NCBI GenBank assembly: GCA_905478415.1
Contig: CAJQIG010000004.1
Coordinates: 203,523 to 267,522 of the forward strand
Reading direction: 5' to 3'
Source: an uncultured Patescibacteria group bacterium
GTDB taxonomy: Bacteria; Patescibacteriota; Microgenomatia; UBA1400; PJMF01
DNA: 64,000 nt
The notes beneath the pieces were generated by a model. The model was not told the origin of the DNA and did no database searches. It saw only the letters and a program-made list of their open reading frames with translations. A program made the translations under genes and the position numbers. Every line of letters begins with the position of its first letter. Position 1 is the stretch's first letter. Of the stretch, positions 58,075 through 64,000 are shown one piece after another.

Positions 58075-60279
58075 TCAAACTAATTCAGACAAAACATGCT
58101 GTATAAATACGCGCATTTCTTCAGGTTGTGTATACCTACCAAACCCTATGCGCAAACAGGACAGTCTATCATCACCCCATGGAATCGTAAAATGGGTTAT
58201 TCGTGTTGTATTAAGACCAAAACTATCACCTTTATCAAATTTACCGCCCATACCATCTTTATGCATTCTAAAAAATGATCCAAGAGCAACTCGAAACTTT
58301 TCACCGTTGAAATACTCTTTATACCAAGCTTTTTCTTTAAGTTCTAAAATATTTTTTGGAGGAAGCATAAACCCAAACATGCCATATGGTTGCCATTGCC
58401 ATCTTTCTTCAGGTGGCAGATGTCGTTGTTCATTCTCAATCTCTTCAGTAATAACCTGTTGTAAAACCCCAAACTGCTGACGCTGCTCAACCACTTCACT
58501 ATAACGAAGTAGCGGGACCTGAGTGAGCGAGTAAACTGGCAGATTTCCCATAGCTCTATTTCGCGCAGCTTCGACACGTTCTGAAGGCAGTGAAGCATTC
58601 CACACAGAGACCACTCCTAAAAACTCACTGCGCCCACCTCTTTGGTGTTTGGTGATGCTCGCCGATTCAATGAGAAGCAAGTTTTGAGGCAACTGAGCTC
58701 TATCAATGTATTTATTTTCAAGAAGATCATTTGTCTTATCAACAATGAGCATAAACTTTTCATCTGGATGCTCCTGGACTGATTGCAAAAAACGAGCAAG
58801 GTTGCTGCTACGATCTTCATAAAAGCTCTCAGCTCCATTTTTTTGTGGAGGATTTGGTTCTATACTGAGCAAAAATACGCGTGCGTCAGCTACTTCAACA
58901 GGTTCCCAATCTTGGTGTGGTTTTGATTCAAAATACCAGCCCTCATTTTTAAAGTAGGTCACCTGGACTGGATCAGACTCTAATACTTCTGAAACTAACT
59001 GCAAAGCTGTAGCATTTGCGGACGTACCACTTCGGGTCATGTACACATCTGGCTCAGTCGAACCTTCCCTAAAAAGATCTGTATAGTTATGTGTAACTTT
59101 TGCACTCAGAGCATCTACAAACCTTTGTTTTTCCAAAGGATCTGCCATAACAAATCGATTCAGATACACCAAAGTCTTACGGAGTTGCTGGCGCTTCCAT
59201 GGCTCATCAAATGCATACTTTTTGTCTTTCAACAGCGAAAATAAAAACTCTTGAGGAGGTAGCGAAAAATCCAACTGCTCACTCTTATCTTGTGCTCTTG
59301 TGTGAGGATTAGGCTCTGGATTATTTCTCTTGGCCTTCTGAAACAGCTGCTCATTGTAGTCTCGCATTTCAGTAGCTACTTGCTGGGTATTTTTCTGATC
59401 TTGGTTTGCTTCTGAGGTTGTATAGTCTTGTTGTAACACCGTCTGCTGAATAATTGGCGCTGACACACCAGCTAAAGAAGTAGTGATACCATTTATTTCT
59501 ATACTACTGGGCAAAAACACCTGAAAGTCAGTGTTAGCGACACAATGCACATAGGAACACTCTTCAGACATATCTGCCCGTAAATAGAGCCTTACAATTT
59601 TATTTTTACGAGTTCGGCTATCGGTTCCCATAGAGTGTGCTTCAGCATACGCTTTAAACTTTTTTGCACATTCGATAACATCCGAAAAAGCACTAAATGG
59701 TGATTCCCAAAGGCAATGTATATACACAAACTGATCGTCATCAGAATCAGCTGCCTCAAAGAGTTTTCTTATCTCCTTAAAAGAGGAAACACGGGTTGCC
59801 TCTTTTGTCTCAAGTTCACTAAAGTAGGCAGTTACATCAAGGGGATGCAAAAATTGATTTGAGTAGACATCTCGCATTGGTGTCTGAATTGTAGTCATTT
59901 CTGACCGTGAGTAGGCTGAACTTCCGTCACTGGAACTTTGACCAAAGTAGGTTCTGCCACTAATTGAATCAAATTGATTTAGAGCAGTCATTTCTGCCGT
60001 TAATGCGATTGCTTCATCAATACTTTTCGAAGGGAAAGCGGTGGATGAATCCAGCATCGAAGTCAGATACTCAAGCCAAATGTAGTAGAGTTCTAGCCAT
60101 TTTGCTAGAGTGCTCTCATCTGAATAGGCATATGCCTCAAAGTTAAACATCAACTTCCTGAGGTAATATGCTGTTGTTGCTAACTTTTGAGCATCAGAAC
60201 TCGTGACTCTTTCTTCATGAATCTCCGCTTCGGTAGGTGGAATACCCAGAGTAGCATCTGCTAACAACTCTTTTATCAT
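58075..60279 (-). CDS. Hypothetical protein with C-terminal fold-type I PLP (Cys/Met metabolism-like) domain
   Basis: RSGTSA, IEPNP, LIVDKT, SITKHQRG, SFG, LRIGFG in the order of cystathionine gamma-lyase-type motifs. Confidence 0.55.
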   Translation of the reverse strand: MIKELLADATLGIPPTEAEIHEERVTSSDAQKLATTAYYLRKLMFNFEAYAYSDESTLAKWLELYYIWLEYLTSMLDSSTAFPSKSIDEAIALTAEMTALNQFDSISGRTYFGQSSSDGSSAYSRSEMTTIQTPMRDVYSNQFLHPLDVTAYFSELETKEATRVSSFKEIRKLFEAADSDDDQFVYIHCLWESPFSAFSDVIECAKKFKAYAEAHSMGTDSRTRKNKIVRLYLRADMSEECSYVHCVANTDFQVFLPSSIEINGITTSLAGVSAPIIQQTVLQQDYTTSEANQDQKNTQQVATEMRDYNEQLFQKAKRNNPEPNPHTRAQDKSEQLDFSLPPQEFLFSLLKDKKYAFDEPWKRQQLRKTLVYLNRFVMADPLEKQRFVDALSAKVTHNYTDLFREGSTEPDVYMTRSGTSANATALQLVSEVLESDPVQVTYFKNEGWYFESKPHQDWEPVEVADARVFLLSIEPNPPQKNGAESFYEDRSSNLARFLQSVQEHPDEKFMLIVDKTNDLLENKYIDRAQLPQNLLLIESASITKHQRGGRSEFLGVVSVWNASLPSERVEAARNRAMGNLPVYSLTQVPLLRYSEVVEQRQQFGVLQQVITEEIENEQRHLPPEERWQWQPYGMFGFMLPPKNILELKEKAWYKEYFNGEKFRVALGSFFRMHKDGMGGKFDKGDSFGLNTTRITHFTIPWGDDRLSCLRIGFGRYTQPEEMRVFIQHVLSELV

Positions 60280-60318
60280 ACCTACAGTATAGGTTACTTT
60301 GAAAAAAAATGAGAGAGT

Positions 60319-61791
60319 CTAGTCTTCTTCAACGGTGTATGCAATCAGCATGTCGCCGACTTGAAAATCAAGTTTCTTTTGATGAAAAGTACAACCAAAC
60401 TCACTCTTGGCTTTGACTGAGTCGATCTCTTCTTTGCCATGCAACATAGACTTAATTTTTGGATCTGCGATAATTTCATCACCACGTTTCAGATGCAAAA
60501 GGTCGCGTTTTTTGAGTTCACCAGTTTTAACACGACAACCAGCAATGCGCTCACCCCTCATCTCAAAAATCTGTAAGATTTCGATTTCACCATGTACAAC
60601 TTCGTCAATGGTAGGCTCGAGCAGCTTGAGCTGTTGTTTTTGTAAGTCTTCGATTAATTTGTAAATAATTTTATATTCTCTAATCTTGACACCTTCTTTT
60701 TTGGCAAGGCGAATAAGTTTGTTTGGAACTTTCAGGTGAAATGCGATCAAGAGTGATTTACTAGCTTTTGCCATTTCGATATCACGTTCAGTGACGGTAC
60801 CCACTCCAAAATCAATGACAGCACTACTTTCATCATCAATAGTCTGCATAATGGCTTCGAGTGTTCCTTCGGTGTCTGCTTTAATGAGTAAATTGAGTTT
60901 TGGCTTTTCCTCAAAGTCAAGATCTGCCCACATATCTGCTTCTTCAGCTTCGACCGCTACTTCAGGTTCATCCGCAGTTTCAAGTACTTCTTCCTGAGCA
61001 TACTCAGCTGAGTGATCTCGCACCATTGAGCCCACTGTTGGCACGTCTTTAAACCCAATAATTTCGGCAGGATAACCTGGCTTTACATCGGTTAACTGTT
61101 CACCTTGTTCATTAGTCAATAACTTAACTCGGCCTTCTGCAGAGTCAGTATAGATATCTGTTCGAACAGATAGTGTCCCTTGTTGCACAATCACCGTTGC
61201 CATCGTTCCACGACGAGCATCTTTTGAAGATTCAACTACTACTGCTTCCAGTGGTGCTTGATCATCAGTGCTGAGATCAAGAATATCAGCCATTAAAATA
61301 ATCGTTTCGAGCAACTTGTCTACGCCGGTACCCTTGAGAGCTGAGATTTCGACAGTTTCAACATCTCCACCATACTCACTGACAACAATATCATGCTCAG
61401 CCAGTTGCGACTTAGCAATATCAGGGTTCACATCTGGTAAATCCATCTTATTTACGGCTACAATCACCGGTACATTACTCTTTTTGATGTGACGAATGGA
61501 CTCAATGGTTTGAGGTTTCACCCCGTCATTAGCTGCCACTACTAAAATCACCAGATCGGTAATCTGTGAACCGCGCTCACGCATTTTATTAAAAGCAGCG
61601 TGTCCTGGAGTATCGATAAATGTTAATGGCGTTCCCTTATAATTGATGTTGTAGGCACCAATGTGTTGAGTTATACCACCGGCTTCACGAGCGGTCACAT
61701 TCGTATGACGAATGTAATCAAGCAGCGTTGTTTTACCATGATCAACATGACCCATGATAGTAATAACTGGTGGACGTTTCTGTTGTGCCAT
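60319..61791 (-). CDS. infB: Translation initiation factor IF-2 (no N-terminal domain)
   Basis: RPPVITIMGHVDHGKTT, GGITQHIG, DTPGH, NKMD. Confidence 0.97.
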   Translation of the reverse strand: MAQQKRPPVITIMGHVDHGKTTLLDYIRHTNVTAREAGGITQHIGAYNINYKGTPLTFIDTPGHAAFNKMRERGSQITDLVILVVAANDGVKPQTIESIRHIKKSNVPVIVAVNKMDLPDVNPDIAKSQLAEHDIVVSEYGGDVETVEISALKGTGVDKLLETIILMADILDLSTDDQAPLEAVVVESSKDARRGTMATVIVQQGTLSVRTDIYTDSAEGRVKLLTNEQGEQLTDVKPGYPAEIIGFKDVPTVGSMVRDHSAEYAQEEVLETADEPEVAVEAEEADMWADLDFEEKPKLNLLIKADTEGTLEAIMQTIDDESSAVIDFGVGTVTERDIEMAKASKSLLIAFHLKVPNKLIRLAKKEGVKIREYKIIYKLIEDLQKQQLKLLEPTIDEVVHGEIEILQIFEMRGERIAGCRVKTGELKKRDLLHLKRGDEIIADPKIKSMLHGKEEIDSVKAKSEFGCTFHQKKLDFQVGDMLIAYTVEED

Positions 61792-61825
61792 AGTTCTCTT
61801 TTTCCTTTGTATCTCCGAAACTCAC

Positions 61826-63118
61826 TTATTCAGTTGGAGTATCGAGCTTAAAGTTATTTCTTTTTAGTAAACTTACTTCTTCATCTGCAGCTTCATATTC
61901 TTCAACACGAGTCATTAGGAGAGCCACCTGATCTTCTTCGAGCTCTGTACTCTCAACCCATTTGTTCTTAAATCGAGATAAGTCACCAACAGTGGTGAGT
62001 TTGTTATCAACGAGGAAAGACCTCGTTTCGTCAGTGATGTTATCAAAGGTATCAATTTCATACTCTTCTTCACCAGTCACAGCAGACTCAACTTTTCCAT
62101 CGGCAGATTTAATGGTAATTTTGAAGTTGGTCAGCTTAGCGGCTAAACGAACATTCTGTCCACCTCGACCAATAGCCAATGAAAGCTGATCATCGGGAGC
62201 AGTAACTTCAACCAATCCTTCTTCTTCCATAATGTTAATCTGCAAACCTTCAGCCGGAGCCAAAGCACCTTGTAAAAGAATCATCGGATTATCTGACCAA
62301 GGAATAATATCAAGTTTTTCATTATTCAGTTCTCGAATAACTTCTTGGACACGAACACCTCGTTGTCCGACACATGAACCAACTGGATCAACACCATCTT
62401 GGGTTGATCTGACAGCTAGCTTGGTGCGAACACCAGCTTCACGGGCAATAAGCGCAACTTCGACAGCCCCCGTTTGGACTTCTGGAACTTCACGCTCAAA
62501 CAGTTTGATAACTAAATCTTGGCTTGCACGAGAAACGATAATAGCTTGACCTCGGTGGGTTTCGCGAATCTCTTTGATTAAAACGGTAATTCGAGTATTC
62601 ACTTTGTAAAATTCACCGCGCATCTGTTCTTCTGGAGGCATGACACCTTGCCCACGGCCAAGATCCAAAATAACTTGTCGTCCATCCATTCTCAGAATCT
62701 GAGCAGTGATAATTTCTCCCATACGATCTTCGTACTCAGAGAGAATTTGATCTTTTTCAGATTCGCGAATTTTCTGTAAAATAACTTGCTTAGCAGTTTG
62801 GGCAGCAATGCGACCAAATCCAGCTGGAGTTACATCCTCTGGTTTTGAGTCATCCCACTCTAAAATTTCGGCAGTTTCTTCATCGATCTTTGTAACTGGG
62901 CATTTGAAAATCTTAGATTCACCAGTGTCTTCATTGAGATCAACGAAGTAGTACGAAGGTGCTTCTTCTTCATCAACAAACTGTTTACGGTACGCAGAGA
63001 CTAACGCCTGTTTAATGGCATTATAAATTGAGTCAGTGCTAATTTTTCTCTCATTCGCAATTTGCGTAATGGCAGCTGCGAACTCGGTACGAACAACTCG
63101 GCTATTGGCGTTTTGCAT
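61826..63118 (-). CDS. nusA: Transcription termination factor NusA
   Basis: FGRIAAQTAKQV, DPVGSCVGQRG, LSLAIGRGGQNVRLA. Confidence 0.98.
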   Translation of the reverse strand: MQNANSRVVRTEFAAAITQIANERKISTDSIYNAIKQALVSAYRKQFVDEEEAPSYYFVDLNEDTGESKIFKCPVTKIDEETAEILEWDDSKPEDVTPAGFGRIAAQTAKQVILQKIRESEKDQILSEYEDRMGEIITAQILRMDGRQVILDLGRGQGVMPPEEQMRGEFYKVNTRITVLIKEIRETHRGQAIIVSRASQDLVIKLFEREVPEVQTGAVEVALIAREAGVRTKLAVRSTQDGVDPVGSCVGQRGVRVQEVIRELNNEKLDIIPWSDNPMILLQGALAPAEGLQINIMEEEGLVEVTAPDDQLSLAIGRGGQNVRLAAKLTNFKITIKSADGKVESAVTGEEEYEIDTFDNITDETRSFLVDNKLTTVGDLSRFKNKWVESTELEEDQVALLMTRVEEYEAADEEVSLLKRNNFKLDTPTE

Positions 63119-63168
63119 ACAGATCCTTTTTTATTTCTGATTTTCTAACTAGTCTTACTATCGATACG

Positions 63169-63221
63169 AAAAAGAGCGCAGTCTCCTGAGCCCTCCCTTC
63201 ATACCAGATATTATTATACCA
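63169..63221 (-). promoter_or_regulatory. nusA promoter with leader attenuator
   Basis: TGGTATAAT (63221-63213), then GGGCTCAG-GAGA-CTGCGCTC-TTTTT. Confidence 0.6.
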
Positions 63222-63270
63222 AAAAACGCAGTTTCTTCAAGAGAGAAACAATAAAACTACTCTACCATCA

Positions 63271-63999
63271 TTAGAGCGAAAATGAGACATCCTTTACTTT
63301 TTGATAGACAGCTTCATCTCCATAGTCAAATTTGCTAGGGGTAATCGAAATATACCCATTATTCATGGCACCAACATCAGTTGTAAGAGGTAACGACTTT
63401 TTCATAATCCGATCACCTTGATACCTAAAATGACCTGATGATTCTTTTGAAGCATCAATTTCCTTGTCTAAGGCATAAATATCTGCTAACTGTGAAATAT
63501 ATTGAGTCATCAATACTTTAGTTGCCGGCTTTTCTGGAAAGTTTATATTTAAAAATGATGCACCCCAAAAATCGTTTTCTAAAGCTTTTTCAAGTAATGG
63601 CAGTATCTGGGCTGTTGGATACTCTAGATAGTTGGCTAAGTCATCCTTACCAGAATGTTTCATGGTGAAAAATTTTGCTGGTAAATCCCAGCTGAAGGCA
63701 ATCGCTTTATCTGTCATGCCCCCCATCAAGCATCGAATAGCTCCACCCACGGTTCCAGAAGACGCTACTCCTGCCCCTAAGTTTCCTCCCCAGTTAACGC
63801 CTGAAATTACCAAATCGAATGATTCTTTAAAATACACCCGCGAAAACTCAATAGCATCAGCCGGAGTGCCATCAACCCAAACAGCAGGAACTCCATCTAC
63901 CATATCAGTTCCCCACTCAAACCCAGAATGAATATTAATTTTGCTTCCCACACCAGATTGTTGCTGCAGGGTCCCAGCAATTTGCAAGTTATATACATC
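63271..63999 (-). CDS. surE: 5'/3'-nucleotidase SurE (5' partial)
   Basis: QQSG, DGTPAD, DLVISGVNWGGN, SSGTVGGA, LNINFP, ISITP; frame open to the window end. Confidence 0.92.
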   Translation of the reverse strand, partial: DVYNLQIAGTLQQQSGVGSKINIHSGFEWGTDMVDGVPAVWVDGTPADAIEFSRVYFKESFDLVISGVNWGGNLGAGVASSGTVGGAIRCLMGGMTDKAIAFSWDLPAKFFTMKHSGKDDLANYLEYPTAQILPLLEKALENDFWGASFLNINFPEKPATKVLMTQYISQLADIYALDKEIDASKESSGHFRYQGDRIMKKSLPLTTDVGAMNNGYISITPSKFDYGDEAVYQKVKDVSFSL

Positions 64000-64000
64000 T

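Noticed and set aside
1-64000. CRISPR array, transposase or prophage
   Set aside because: No regularly spaced repeats and no integrase, transposase, capsid or terminase motifs seen; the fibre gene has a signal peptide

Overview
A 64-kb bacterial chromosomal segment. Gene content suggests a CPR/Patescibacteria genome, Microgenomates-like (inference from N-terminally truncated IF2, mini-SufD, LytR_C and DUF4349 genes, and many ORFans). 1-10.2 kb: methyltransferase and glycosyltransferase, a secreted C39-like peptidase, dus-tRNA-Val-phosphatase, a TMTC-like GT-C, comF, an ATP-grasp gene pair, and a divergent tmRNA with a 31-codon tag. 10.4-25 kb: the main candidate new system, a cell-surface fibre locus. 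It has two pilin/WxL-like subunits, two membrane-anchored DUF916/PapD-like partners, a tail-fibre-like adhesin, a large modular adhesin and a membrane-anchored protein sharing the subunit N-terminal domain; no usher or sortase is in the locus. 25-64 kb (almost all minus strand): ftsK, rnj, a Cys-free family-4 UDG, a protease-less Lon AAA+, rpe/rpiB, a fragmented SUF cluster with an intein in sufB, SOD, a LacD-like probable pseudo-aldolase, pnp, rpsO, infB, nusA and partial surE. Many genes look leaderless, and pnp, rpsO and nusA have structured leaders. No CRISPR array, integrase or transposase was seen. All family calls are by motif recognition, not database search.
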